In this document: one piece after another, positions 12,012-25,607 of the stretch | How positions within the stretch are numbered: the first letter of the stretch is position 1 | How the letters are laid out: every line of letters begins with the position of its first letter | Assembly (NCBI RefSeq): GCF_006345805.1 | Contig: NC_043024.1 | Location: 6,944,001-7,008,000 of the forward strand | Reading direction: 5' to 3' | Origin: Octopus sinensis | Lineage: Eukaryota | DNA: 64,000 nucleotides | Notes under the pieces: model-generated | What the model was told of the DNA's origin: nothing | Seen by the model: the letters and a program-made list of their open reading frames with translations, nothing else | The model's database searches: none | Position numbers and translations under genes: made by a program

Positions 12012-14338
12012 CAGGCTTCTTTCCGAGATCACAAGTTCTCTTCCTAATTTACCCAAATAACACCAAATAGTTTTAAAATGATATTGTTTCATGGTTGGAA
12101 TATTTGAAGTAAAATTAATTATAATGATCAGTAAATAATACAATTTGTCTGTGTTGTTTGTTAAGCTCAGGCATCTTTGTATTTTTTTCCTTCTGCTTGC
12201 TTGTGGCATGCTGAGGGGTGTGAATCCTTATCCAAAACATCTAGCCTCACAACATAGCAATGTAAACATGAATGATGGTTAGTGTGTTCTGGGTAGCTAG
12301 GCATTGTGGATGGTTGCAGCGGAGTGCTTGTATCCTTAAGAAGAATCCTTGATCACTGAACTATGTTGTCTCCGATCACAATTGAGCATAGTATTATCCC
12401 AGATCAATGACAAATGAATCGGTGATGTGCTTTGGACTACGTGGATGAAAGGACTTTTTTTAAGACAATAGAGAGTGCTTTGAGACTTGACTATTTCTAG
12501 CAAGCTAAGTGGCCATGTAGAGGGTTCTTTTCTCATTGGTCACTAGCTGATGTAATTGTACGGTTTGTTAAATTGACAGTGTTGATAGCCATTCATTATT
12601 TGTTCCGACTGAGGTCATCCTTATTTTTTGTCCATTCAGGGATGTTAGAATAAAGTTACCAGTCCTGGGTGATATAGGTTGGGACACATGCTCTATGTCC
12701 TTCTATCCAACGTTCTTTTCTACTCGAGGCACAAGGCCTGAAATTTTTTGGGAGGTGGCCAGTCGATAAGATCGACTCTACTATGCAGCTGGTACTTTAA
12801 TTTATCAATCCCGTAAGGATGAAAGGCAAAGTCTACCTTGGCTGAATTTGAACTCAGAACATAAAGACATATGAAATACTGCTAAGCATTTTGCCCGGCA
12901 TACCAATATTTCTACCAGCTTGCTGCCTTCTATCTCCTGATTCCGTCTGCTTGCTGCAATTTAATATAACCACCCTTTCAGTGTGGCACTGGCTCTCCTT
13001 TGGACAATGACCTACCTGCCTGACTGGATTGTCAGGTCTCCAGTTCTTCTCAATCACCATTTCAGTATGGTGCTGGCAGTATTCTGGAGAATGATTTACC
13101 TGCCTGAATGGATTGCCAGGCATCCAATTCTTTATTTTCCAGGTACTGAATCTATCAGGATTCCTACTATCTTCTTGCAGGTACGTCAGGTATTGGCTGT
13201 GTTAACATTTAAAATTACTGTCAACCTGTTGGAATCGGTTCCCAGTTTGTCTGCTACACAAGTCACTGCCAGTCTCTGACATTTGTGGTGGAACCAGTTG
13301 GTGTCTGAATAAAGCAAACAACAAAATTCACCTGAAATATATTCTGTGGATTGCTGCTGTTGTTGTTGTTGTTGTGAAGACTTGTGGTCAAGTGGTTGGG
13401 GTATGGAACTTGCAATTCTAAGGTTGTTAGTTTGCTTTCTGGTGGTATATTGTGCCCTTGAGCAAGACTCTTTATTTCATGTTGCTCAGGTCCACTCTCT
13501 CCTTCTCTCTCCACTTCCAGCAAGTTGAGTGACTGCCTAGGTCCTTCGTTGTTTCATAAATTACTCGGACTAGGTTTTTAATTTTGTACAATTGATTCGA
13601 AATGGGACTTATTGATGAAAATGGAGCAAGGAGGTAGTGGCTACGGTTAGGTTGGAGGAGAAAAAATTAAAAAAGCAAACAATTATACAAAGCCTAAAGA
13701 AAATGCCTGACTTTATGGAGTCTCTTTCCCCCTTTCCCCCCTCTCTCCCCACCTCTCTTGCTAAACATGATGGTGACATCACTCAGTGTTGTTAAAGTGT
13801 GTATTTCTTCCTGTGCATGACACACATTTGCATACAACAGTAATGTTTGTTTGCCTCTTATCATCGTTAAGGGCTAATTACAGCACTGACTGGGTACAAA
13901 ATTAACAACGTGCTCTTTAAGCGGTCATAAATATTACTGACTCCATAACAGCATTTCTTAATGACCACAACACACACAAAAAACAACCAACTATTGGTTA
14001 CCCAAATATTAATTCTGGAATAGCAGTTGGTAGTCTTTACTTAGGTCTGATCTTACTGTCATCTTCATCTCAATTAACCCAGCTGCTTATCAAGCTGACC
14101 TTTCAACAAAGGCTTTCCACCTATGACTATCGCATTTTATTTTTAGATATACTGTATATACTTGCGGAAAAGTCACCCCCTTAATTTGGGGGGGGGGGGG
14201 TTGTCAAAGTAGGTATTTGTGGTTGAAATACTGATACGTTATGCTATAATCTAGGGAGTCACATGGCTCTTTTTTTAATATAAACTCTCTTTCTACAGAT
14301 CTGTTTTCATGTTCTACATAATCCACTACATTTCCATA

Positions 14339-14560
14339 TTAACCCTTTTGTTACTAACCCAACCAAAACCGGCTCTGCAGTAAAATGTTTTGTTTTCGTA
14401 AGGTTTGAATTAAAATCTTCGATCAAACGTTAGTCACAATTTATGTTCCTCACACTAACTGAATGATAACTAAGTTATTTTACTAAATTCTTTGTTATAT
14501 TTAAAATAACTGAAAGAAACACAGAGCATCTCAAAAGAAATACAGTAACGAAAGGGTTAA
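14339..14560. mobile_element. TTAA-flanked piggyBac-type MITE (family 1)
   Basis: TTAAcccttttgttac ... gtaacgaaagggTTAA; related copies near 6.9, 34.4, 41.5-41.9 and 51.9-52.3 kb. Confidence 0.85.
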
Positions 14561-15232
14561 AGCCTCCATCATAACTCTTTCTCTTACTCGTAATTAGGGT
14601 TTGCAATAAGTAAAATGTTTAAACTAAAAGTCTGGATGGGTGAACTGATGTTGTCAAAAAGCCAATACACGAACTTCCAGTTTCTGCTTTCTAGTAAACA
14701 GATGTCACAAAAATGTTTCCATAACTTGAAAACTAAAAAGCCCAGCACCAGGGTACGCACCTGGTCTATCAATACTCTACCATCAACTTCAGATCCCTGT
14801 GATGTCGAGTGGATAGGTCACACCCTTGCTTTTTATTGAAATTATTGGTAAAAAATGTGCGAGTATATATGGTACTATATAGCTAGGGCTACATTACCTG
14901 TGGTCACATCATCTTTACAGGTGAATCTACATTACTCTTTTATTCCTTTACTTGTTTGTCATTTGACTGTGGCCATGCTGGAGCACTGCCTCAAAGGGTT
15001 CTTTTGTCAAACAAGTCGAACCCAGATTGGCAATTGGAAGTTCCATCTTGGTGTAGAAGAAATATGAATGAAAATGGAACACGTTGAGGTGTGGTTTGTT
15101 GCAACCTCTGTTCAGATGATTGGTTCAGATGATTGGTTAAATGTTTGACATCTTATATTCATGGTTCTTGTGTAAGTCTGTGTGTGTAGATTGATAATCT
15201 TAATTTACATTGATAATCTTAATCTTTTACAG

Positions 15233-15337
15233 GTGACTAGCCAGGATGTCAGGAAAGAAACCCCTCTCGATTTCCAATTCAGAGCCAAATTTTTCCCTGA
15301 AGACGTGGCTGAGGAGTTGATACAAGAAGTTACTCTG
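15233..15337 (+). CDS. ERM: ERM exon, FERM: [35 protein letters not shown]
   Basis: ttttacag acceptor, 105 nt, ctg|gtaagt donor; FRAKFxPEDV motif; phase 0/0. Confidence 0.96.
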
Positions 15338-16921
15338 GTAAGTTATGTGAATATTCTCAGAGTTTACCATTCTCGAAGCAGGTTTCAAAACTGCTGAATG
15401 GATCATGATCAAACCCAAAGGGGGGATTGTTTTCCTATTCTAAATTCATTTGAAAATTGACATTTATAGAGCTAGCAAGGCATTGGCCTAATGTCTGGCA
15501 GAGCAAGATACCCCCATCTCATTCATATTTGCCAGATGAAATAACACAATTCATAGCTAACCTATATTCTAGTATGTTCTGTTTTACTGGTTTGTCATTA
15601 GACTGTGGCCATGCTGGGGCATCGCCATTGAGGGGAGGTTTTTAGCCAATCACGTTGACCCCCAGAATACTTATTTCGCTTCAGTCTGCTTCGTATTTCA
15701 AGGATTTCTTTTTGTTGGACTGACTGCTAAGTTGCTGGGTTTTTTAAATGCTACAAACATAAAAACAAGGCATTTCTCCAGTATGGGCGTAGTACAATGA
15801 CTGAAGTAAGTAAAAGATACAACTTCATATATGCATGTGCAATTGCATTCACAGCTTCTGCACAGTTTCCATCTTTGAGGTGCTGGTGTGACTGTGTGGT
15901 TAAGAAGTTTGCTTCCCAACTAGTTGGTTCTGAGTTCAGTCCCACAGTTTGGCACATTTGGTAAGTGTCACCTCTGCTATATCTTTGGGCCAAGCAAAGC
16001 CTTGTTAATGGATGTAGTGGATGGAAACTGTTTGTGCGTGTGTATTACTGTCTCTTAATCATGACATCATGTAATAGTTGTAAACGAGTCTCCCTGTCAT
16101 ACAAGCAGTGTTCTTCATTTCCAGTCAGCCAAGACATGTTTGGCCATGTGGGAAATATTACCTTACTTGGAAACACACGAGGGTTGACAACAAGAAGGGC
16201 ATCCAGCCATGGAAAATCTGCTTCAATGGACTCTGTCCAGTTCATGAGAGCCTGGGAAAGAAAGCGTTAAAACGGTGATGGTGAAATTCCACTGATGAGG
16301 CATTTGTCATAGCAGACACTTGGCCTAAGGTGCCACACAGTGGGATTGAACCCAGAACCATTGAAAGTCCTTGTAAACAACACTTTCGTTTTTGTAATTT
16401 TTTTGTTTTTATTTTATTTTTGCTTACACAACGACCTGTTCTCGTCACTCCTTCCAAGGGCTACAATCATAGAAGATTAATGACTAGAAATTGGGTGGGT
16501 TGGTTGTTTGGGTTTTTTTTAATGTTTCTTTTTTATATTTTCTTTTTAGCAGTTAGTAACTACTAACTATGAGATGGTGTTTGATTTGCAGGTAGTAATC
16601 ATAGGCACGGTCATCTAATTAATTACCTCGTTGCTTGTAAACATGGGCAGGTCTTTTCCTCTTGACAATTAGTAGTTACAGATTGTGAATGTATGAGCTT
16701 TTATTCACACACACGTATTGGCTTGCTATTGAGCCTTATTTGTCAAAACTTGAAAATCAATGGGGTTTTAGAGAAGGGTTGGGGACCCCCCCCCCCCAAA
16801 TACTTGTGCCTTAGAAAGTAGTTTGTCTGAATGTAGCTATAATAATTCCCAATATATCAGGTACCCTTTACCCTTGAATGGTGGGAGGATCATGGCAATC
16901 CTCTTAATGTAAACATGTTGC

Positions 16922-16968
<47 letters not shown>

Positions 16969-17362
16969 AGTTAATCCAAACAAGAAAACACAGAAAAAAA
17001 GAGAAAAAAACACAGCAATGCAGGATGTGGAACAATTAAAGTATTATTGACGCATATATATATATGAGACCTTTGGCAATTAAAAAGCACCCTTCAAATG
17101 TTGGCTAATATGCTGTCCTTGAAGACCTGTCAAGCCAAGTTAAATCGCAATCGGGGCCAATGCCTATCGTGTACCTGGCACCCATGCTGATGGCATGTAA
17201 AAAGCACCCATTGAACTTCATGGGGGCAGTGACCAAGACCTTTGGCAATATACTGTGTTTGAGAAAACTTGTGAAACCATAGTTGTGGCCAGTGCTAGTG
17301 TTTTGTAACTGGCACCCATGCTGGTGGTAGGTAGAAAGCACCCACTACTCTCTTGGAGAGGT

Positions 17363-17590
17363 TTATTTCTTTACTGCTTACAAGGGGCTACACACAGAGG
17401 GGACAAACAGATTAAGTCGATTATATCGACCCAGTGCATAACTGGTACTTAATTTATCAACCCTGAAAGGATGAAAGGCAAAGTCGACCTTGGTGGAATT
17501 TAAATTCAGAACGTAGTGGCAGACGAAATACTGCTAAGCACTTTTCCCGGTGTGCAAATGTTTCTGCCAGCTCGTCACGTTAATACCAAC
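17363..17590 (-). mobile_element. Nin/Sauria-like SINE nested in another SINE, with a 15-bp TSD
   Basis: ctctcttggagaggt at 17348-17362 and 17591-17605; the host element resumes as cggcattaggaagggcatccagc. Confidence 0.85.
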
Positions 17591-17913
17591 CTCTCTTGGA
17601 GAGGTCGGCATTAGGAAGGGCATCCAGCTGTAGGAACCATGCCAAATCAGATTGGAACCTAGTGCAGCTTACCAGTTTTCAGTCAAACCATCCAACCCAT
17701 GCCAGCATGGAAAACAGACGTTAAATGATGATGATATGTGTACACACACATCTACATATGTCTATGGCTGTGTGGTTAAGAATTTTGTTTCCCAACCTCT
17801 TGGTTTTGGGTTCAGTTTTCTGTGCTGCAACCTGAGCAAGTGTCTTGTACTATAGCCATAGGTCAGTCAAAGGCTTGTGAATGGATTTGGTAGTTGGAAA
17901 CTGAAAGATGTCT

Positions 17914-17955
<42 letters not shown>

Positions 17956-17961
17956 TATATA

Positions 17962-18075
17962 ATATCACATTAAAAACATCAGTTCTTGTCCGATCACCAA
18001 AGTTAAGCAATGTCAAGCCTTGTTAGTACTTAGATAGGTGACTGCTTGGGAAAGCTAGGAGCGGTAAACATCTTT
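17962..18075 (+). pseudogene. 5S rRNA pseudogene lacking about 10 nt at the 5' end
   Basis: gttcttgtccgatcaccaaagttaagcaatgtcaagccttgttagtacttagataggtgactgcttgggaa aligns with metazoan 5S (CGATCACCGAAGTTAAGC...GTTAGTACTTGGATGGGTGACCGCCTGGGAA); many CpG-type transitions. Confidence 0.9.
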
Positions 18076-18079
18076 CATG

Positions 18080-18365
18080 AAGGCTCAGTGGTTAGATCAT
18101 CAGCCTTGCAATCATGAGGTAGTGAGTTCAATTCCCGGGCTAGGCTGTCTGTTGTGTTCTTGAGCGAGACATTTTATTTCACATGCTCCAGTTCAGTCAT
18201 CTGTAGAAATGAGTTGTGATGTCACTGGTGCCAAGCTGTATTGGCCTTTCCCTTGGATAACATTATTGGTGTAGAGAGGGGAGCCGGTATGAATGAGTGA
18301 CTGCTGGTCTTCCACAAACAGCCTTGCTCGGACTTGTGCTCAGAGGGTAATTTTCTAGGTGCAAA
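18080..18365 (+). mobile_element. tRNA-derived SINE directly after the 5S copy
   Basis: ggctcagtggttag A box, gagttcaattcc B box; body homologous to 1711-2050. Confidence 0.8.
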
Positions 18366-18439
18366 CTGAGTGGGGTCCAATACACACACACACATACACA
18401 TTGATGATGTATGTTTTATTGGGAAATTTCTGTTTTCAG

Positions 18440-18618
18440 AGAATGTTCTTCCTTCAAGTGAAACGCGGTATTCTTTCCGATGAAGTTTATTGTCCGCCAG
18501 AAACTTCGGTTCTTCTTAGTTCCTATGCCCTCCAGGCTAAATATGGTGACTGTGATCCTGAGAAGCACGCAGCTGGCTTTTTCATTAATGAAACACAGGA
18601 GAAACTTCTGCCACAAAG
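18440..18618 (+). CDS. ERM: ERM exon, FERM F2: [37 protein letters not shown]...KLLPQR
   Basis: ttttcag acceptor, 179 nt, ag|gtaagc donor; YCPPET motif. Confidence 0.96.
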
Positions 18619-21600
18619 GTAAGCTATTTTCTTTCCTCCTGCTGCTTTTCTTCAACCATTTCCTGTTCATGGCAGTTTGTGTAAATTCTTTACCAAAATA
18701 GCATGTTGTTTTAGTTCCTTAGTCTCTCTGGAATGTCCTTAGTCTCTCTGCAAGGAAAGACACTCCTGCCCAATGTCCTTCTTTGTTGTTATTTAAGATA
18801 ATAAGATATAAGGAAGCTTTGATAATTATTTAATTGCACTCACTCTCCCATCAGTTGAAAATATCTAATGGGAATAAGTCTGTGATTTTCACTGTTAATG
18901 GGTTAACTAGCTACATCAGTAAAGTGTGGCTTCTTAGTTGGTAACTAAAGGGGACATCTGTACCAGCTATGAGTTTTCAGTAGACAGGACGGGTAAAAAG
19001 CTTTGGACATGGACAGTGATGTTTGTTCGGTCATTGGAGATCAGCCTTGCACTTGTTTAAAAGACAAACTAGATTGAGTTGATGTCCCACCTTTATTTAT
19101 TTTTACTACTGTGCATGCACACACACACACACACACACACACTCTGGCAGGAAAGGGTTAGGCTAAGGAAAGACTGTGGTCAGTAGGCCTACTTTGCAGC
19201 TACTTGGTTGCAAATTTGATCCCATTGCGTGGCACCTCAGGCAAGTGTTTTGTTAGAGCTTTGGGTTAACCAAAGCCCTGTGAATAAATTTGGCAGGCAG
19301 GAACTGAAAGCACCTCACTCACACACGTTTGTGTCTTCCTGTCCTGTCATCAGGAGATTGATGTAAACAAGTGTCACTGTTATACAAGCAGTATTCTTTG
19401 TTTCCAATCTTCCATGAAAACATGTCCAGCCATGAAGGAAACTCTACCCTACTTGGCAACAGATGGCAGGGTGGTTACAGAAAGGGCATTGTTATAGAAT
19501 TAGTTCAAGCCCCTAATAATCTCTCAAGACCCCAGCTTCCACAGTAGAATTCGTGTTAAGTGTCAATCTCACTGCAAATGTGACGATCATGAGTAGAGAG
19601 CCAAGTCTGCTCAGATCAGGGGTGACCTGAATATAAGATGTTATTCTCTGGACATGAAGAGGCAGTTAGGAGAATCCATACCGTTTCTATGACTGGGGCT
19701 TCTGCTTTGTCTTCACCATAATTCACTTTATATGCAGCTGGGTCTAATTATAATTCCTCTCTCTGTCCCCTACTTACTCCTGTACCAGAAAGTGTGCATG
19801 TGCGTGCATCTTTTATCTTGTTTCAGTTATCAGACTGGCCATCCTGGAGCAATTTGCCTTAAAGAATTTTCAGTCAAATGAATTGACCCCAATACTTTTT
19901 TTTTTAAGCCCGGTACTATTCTGTTGAACTCTTTTGCCAAACCACTAAGTTATGGAGACATAACCACACCAACACCGATTGTCAAGCAGTACTGGGGGAC
20001 ACACGGCAGGCTTCTTTCGGTTTCCTTTCTCAATGCTTTGATTGGCCTGAGGCTATAGTAGCAGACACTTGCCCAAGGTGCCATGCAGTGGGGCTGAACC
20101 TGGAACCCTGTGGTTGGGAAGCAAGCTACTTAGCACACAGCCATGCCTAACCAAGGGTCTTCTTTTTTCTTTGTGTGTGTGTGTGTGTGAGATTGGGAAC
20201 AGTTTGATGTAAAGGCATTGGCCTGCTCATGCTGTTACTGCCATTACTAATTCCTTCATGTTTCAGCCCTAAGGCTGCTACCATGCTGGAGCACTGCCAT
20301 TTGAAGTTATTATTACTACTACTACTATTGCTACTGCTGCTGTTAATCCTGTATACTCAGTGACCTCAGCCCACCTTGTTAAGTTTCAGTGTACCCCAGT
20401 CAGTTGGTGACCCCTTAATCCTGTTTAAATTCCTATTGCTTTGTAGCTATATGTGTAACAGTATCCCTTTCTTCACAGAATAGTTGCAATCTTTAGAACT
20501 GTGTGTTATGGGCTCAGCAGGCTTTTCCCTGCCCCACTCAGTTAATGATTTAGCAGAGAAATATAGAATTTATTTCTTACATTGTCTCTCCTGGCTGACA
20601 CGGCTTCTATTACACCAGACATTTGTTATTTATGGTTTATTCCTATGCATTGGACTGTGTCAAATGTATGAAATATAGTGGCTATACAGCCCATGCTGCA
20701 GCACTAGGATGTTAATTTACTCATTGAAAGGTGACATTTCATTCTGCTGGTTCTCCAACCGTCACATTTGAAAAACTGCATTTGTAGATTTATGAGTTGA
20801 GAATGTTTCTGGGTCTCTTTTCATTTGACTGAAGCAAATCACATAAATGTCTCCTCAGCAAGCAAACTTTTTATTATTTATTTCTATTATTGCACTTGTT
20901 GACGTAATAAATAAAAACCGAGAAATTAAGACTCTTTGACTCAGTCAACTTCCTCCCTGCAACAACTTTTACCATAGCTGAGTCACAAGTTGCATCTGTC
21001 GGTTATAATTTTCCTTTTTGGTAAAAGGCTGTAAAACACTATCCCAATTCTCTCCTGTTCAAACACCCCTCTGCGTGTGTGTGTGTGTGTCTCTTTCTCT
21101 CTCAGAGTGAGTCTCTCCCTCCTCCATCCTCCTCCCTCTCTCCATTGTATAATCCCTCCATCCATCCCTCCTTCCATCCCTCTCCTTCCCTTCTCTGTCT
21201 ACCTCCCACATCCTTTTATCTTTCCCCTCCCTTACTTCTCTCTCTCTCTCATCTCTTTAAAATGTGGGAACAGAAAAAGGTTTGAAAAGTTTAATATAAA
21301 TATTTTGAATCCATAAAAAAAAAAACTCCAATTTTCATCCAAGTTTACTGATTTAAAAAAAAAAAAGTCTTTTATTATTTCTTCATTTCTCCTCTCTGCT
21401 TTGGCCGTTGAATATCTGATCAGACTGGTTGTCTCCAGTCAACAAACCAATCAAACTCTTCCTTTTTCTTGGAGGGTCCATTTTAGCCTGAGAGGGGTAG
21501 TTGGGTTGGTTAGTTGGTTGGCAAACTAACACAAAATGTTTTGAACTGAGTGCAGTTCATTTGACTGGTATTTAGGGGCACGCTGGTTGTAAATTAAAAT

Positions 21601-22496
21601 GCCCTTTTCCTTTTCGCCACCCCTGCTTTATCCTATATATTATGAGTGGGTCAGGGACCAGGCAGAGTTGGGGCCTCCTCCTGACAATTAACATAAGCTA
21701 TAGGAGAGGGGTATAGGGATTTGGCTTAAACTTTTTTTTCTTTAGGATTATTTAGGAAAGATTTTTTTATTTTACATGTTTAGCCCATGGTCAGCTCTGA
21801 TGGAACACCCAGCAGCCTTATGTGTTTAAAGGCATTCCAACCATGCCCATTACCTCCCAACCTTGATCGAGCTGACTTCTGACTAAAGACATTCTGACTA
21901 TGACTATCTGATTAGTGAGATGTTAAACTGCTGTTTCTACCAGATCGAGAAACTGTTTAGTCTTCAGGTTAACTGACTATTCAGTTACCTTCTAAGTGTA
22001 CCTTGGGCACTTGAAGTGGTAGTGTGGCTTTAGAGGAATTTGGCTGCTATTTCTAACTGTTCGAGTAACCACTTGTAGGCTCTCTCTCATTGGCTCAGCT
22101 GTCAAGATGTTGCTTTCAAGAATGCTGTTTAACCCCAGGTCAGACCTAATTGAGCAGATATCTGATTGAAAGCTGTCTCAACCATGGTCATCCAGTCTTT
22201 CATACTTCCACGGTTCAGACAGTTTTAAAAAGATTTAGCCGGATACTCTACCTGTCGCCAACCCTCACCTCTTTCCAAGCAAGTTAATATTTCCCCGTGG
22301 CCAGATATCTTTTCACAGAAGATACAACAAAATGAATGACATTCCTATGATGTCAAGACAGTGAGACACATTCACACACGTCAACCGCATGTGTATATAA
22401 ACAAACTTACACATTCGATGCTTCTAAAAAATCAAATGTATCATTCAATACAGACAGTGATATTTCAAACACAATTTTTTCTGCTGCTTTAACAGT

Positions 22497-23760
22497 TATA
22501 CTGAGTATTTCTACCCTTACAAGATAGGAACAGTTTGTCACCAAACAGCCATGGTGGTTTTCTGTTTTGTAAAGGTAACAATACCCAATTTTCCCACTGT
22601 TTTAACAGCCATACTGTGTTCAAAATGCCACTTTGTATTGTACTATATATATATAGGCGCAGGAGTGGCTGTGTGGTAAGTAGCTTGCTAACCAACCACA
22701 TGGTTCCGGGTTCAGTCCCACTGCGTGGCATCTTGGGCAAGTGTCTTCTGCTATAGCCCCGGGCTGACCAATGCCTTGTGAGTGGATTTGGTAGACGGAA
22801 ACTGAAAGAAGCCCGTCGTATATATGTATATATATATATGAGTGTGTGTGTGTCTGTGTTTGTCCCCCTAGCATTGCTTGACAACCGATGCTGGTGTGTT
22901 TATGTCCCCGTTACCTAGCGGTTCGGCAAAAGAGACCGATAGAATAAGTACTGGGCTTACAAAAGAATAAGTCTTGGGACCGAGTTGCTCGATTAAAGGC
23001 GGTGCTCCAGCATGGCCGCAGTCAAATGACTGAAACGAGTAAAAGAGTATACTGAGTATTATTACCCTTACAAGATAGGAACATTTTGTCACCAAACGGC
23101 CATGGTGGTTTTCTGTTTTGTAAAGGTAACAATACCCAATTTTCCCACTGTTTTAACAGCCATACTGTGTTCAAAATGCCACTTTGTATTGTACTATATA
23201 TATATAGGCGCAGGAGTGGCTGTGTGGTAAGTAGCTTGCTAACCAACCACATGGTTCCGGGTTCAGTCCCACTGCGTGGCATCTTGGGCAAGTGTCTTCT
23301 GCTATAGCCCCGGGCTGACCAATGCCTTGTGAGTGGATTTGGTAGACGGAAACTGAAAGAAGCCCGTCGTATATATGTATATATATATATATGAGTGTGT
23401 GTGTGTCTGTGTTTGTCCCCCTAGCATTGCTTGACAACCGATGCTGGTGTGTTTATGTCCCCGTTACCTAGCGGTTCGGCAAAAGAGACCGATAGAATAA
23501 GTACTGGGCTTACAAAAGAATAAGTCTTGGGACCGAGTTGCTCGATTAAAGGCGGTGCTCCAGCATGGCCGCAGTCAAATGACTGAAACGAGTAAAAGAG
23601 TATACTGAGTATTATTACCCTTACAAGATAGGAACATTTTGTCACCAAACGGCCATGGTGGTTTTCTGTTTTGTAAAGGTAACAATACCCAATTTTCCCA
23701 CTGTTTTAACAGCCATACTGTGTTCAAAATGCCACTTTTCTGTATCGTACTATATATATA
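22497..23760 (+). repeat. Near-identical tandem duplication, period 551-553 bp, about 2.3 units, each full unit carrying a SINE (22656-23047, 23207-23600)
   Basis: tatactgagtat starts at 22497, 23048 and 23601; the ORF track also shows duplicated ORFs. Confidence 0.95.
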
Positions 23761-25607
23761 TGTATATATATCTTGCTTCAGTCAGTTATACTGTGACCAT
23801 GCTGGGGCACCACCTTGAAGAATTTTTAGTCAAATGAATTGACCCCAGTACTGTTTTTTTTTAAATCTTGGTATATATAGTCTATCAGTCTCTTTTGCCG
23901 AATTGCTGAGTTATGGGACATAAACATACCAACACCGGTTGTCAGTAGGTGGTGGGAGACAAAAAACACACAGTGAGCCTCTTTCACTTTCTGTCTACCA
24001 AATTTGCTCACACGACTTTAAAGGTATCCTGCAGTGGGACTGAACTCGGAACCATGTGGTTTGGAAGCAAACTTATAAAGCCATGCCTGCATCTATATAT
24101 GAGTGTGTGTTTGTGTGTATAACAGGCTTCTTTCAGTTTCTGTCAACCAAAGGCACTGAAGGCTTTGGTTGGCCTTGGGCTATAATTAAAGACATTGCCC
24201 AAAGAGCTGCAAAGTGAGATTGGATCTAAAATCACACATGTCCTTCAAATTTGCTGTCATTAGAGAATTGGATAAGCTGACCATGTGATATCAGCCCTGG
24301 CTCCCTGTATAATCAGTTCAAGCTTCACCAAATTCAACTTAGTCTTTCATTTTTCCAGGGTCAATAAATAAAATACTGATCCAAGTGTGGCGTCCTATAC
24401 AGGACAGTGCCACTGTCGTTTATAGACCCAGGAAGACATCTCTTCTAGTTTGTGATTAACACATGCTGAGGATGCATTTGTTTGTAAAGTTAAGGAAGTT
24501 ATTAAAAGTTGAAACCCATCACCGACTTTTGGGACACTCTGTATATGTGTGTACACACACACACACACACAGTTGCTGTTATGTTAAACTGTTGTATGTC
24601 CAAATTTGGTCAAATGTGTTTCTTTTTTTCCCTTTCAATATTTATTTTTGCTTGCAATAGCCGGTTCTTTATGTCAAACTGTTGTATCTCCAGCTGCTTC
24701 AGATGCCTAGATATCAAAAATTATCAAAGTGTAGTACAGCAGTTTTGCTATGGAATGGTGAAACTTTCCGTTTTCTGAAATAGCAACATTTTGGACTTAC
24801 GGCACTTTAGCATAATAGTAACGACATACAAATGTACATTTCTGTCTAGCACTTTGTTGATCTCTTTTGCCTAATTGCTAAGTTACAGACATAAATTCAC
24901 CAATACCAGTTGTCATACACAGGCACAAAGACACACATACACACAGATATATACATGCATCCATATATATATATATATAAACATATACATAATAGGCTTC
25001 TTTCAGTTTCTATCAACCAAATCCATTCACCAGGCTTTGGTCAGCCCAAGACTATAGTAGAAGACACTTGCCCAAGGTACCACGCAGTGGGACTGAACCT
25101 GGAACCATGTAGTTGGGCAACAAGCTCCTTACCATTAGCCACATCTGTAATATCCTGGACTATTATTGCTGGGTGCACACTTCCTTGACATATTAAGCTG
25201 GAGGATGGATGTGATTTGAAGGGAGATTTGGCTGCTATTTCTAGCACAATGACCACACACCTTCCTCATTTGGCCTTGTTTAAAAATGAAAAAAATGTCT
25301 CTAGTTACATATTATTTCTTTGCAGAGGAGGAAGTGAAGAATAATGACTGGAATGTCGTTAAACCTGGGTCTTCTCTGGAGGGGTGGCAGTGTAGTTGAC
25401 AGTTCCTTCATCAAACTGCACCTAATAAGCTTATCCTGTAGCGGCTTTCCTTCCTTCCTTCCTTTCTTCCTTCCACCCACATCTAAACACCTACACAAAT
25501 TGGGCAAACAGATTCGGTTGACCTCCCCAGTTCATTTAACAAGCTGCTCTTTTATTTAGACACCAGTTTATATAATGTAAATTGGACATAGATGTTTGTA
25601 TAGGTTT

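Noticed and set aside
12971-13135. C2H2 zinc-finger relic (84-nt period, minus-strand GKSFS)
   Set aside because: No Cys/His at the required spacing, and that frame contains stops.
17962-18075. Functional 5S rRNA gene
   Set aside because: The 5' end is missing, substitutions affect the helices and internal control region, and it is a single intronic copy.
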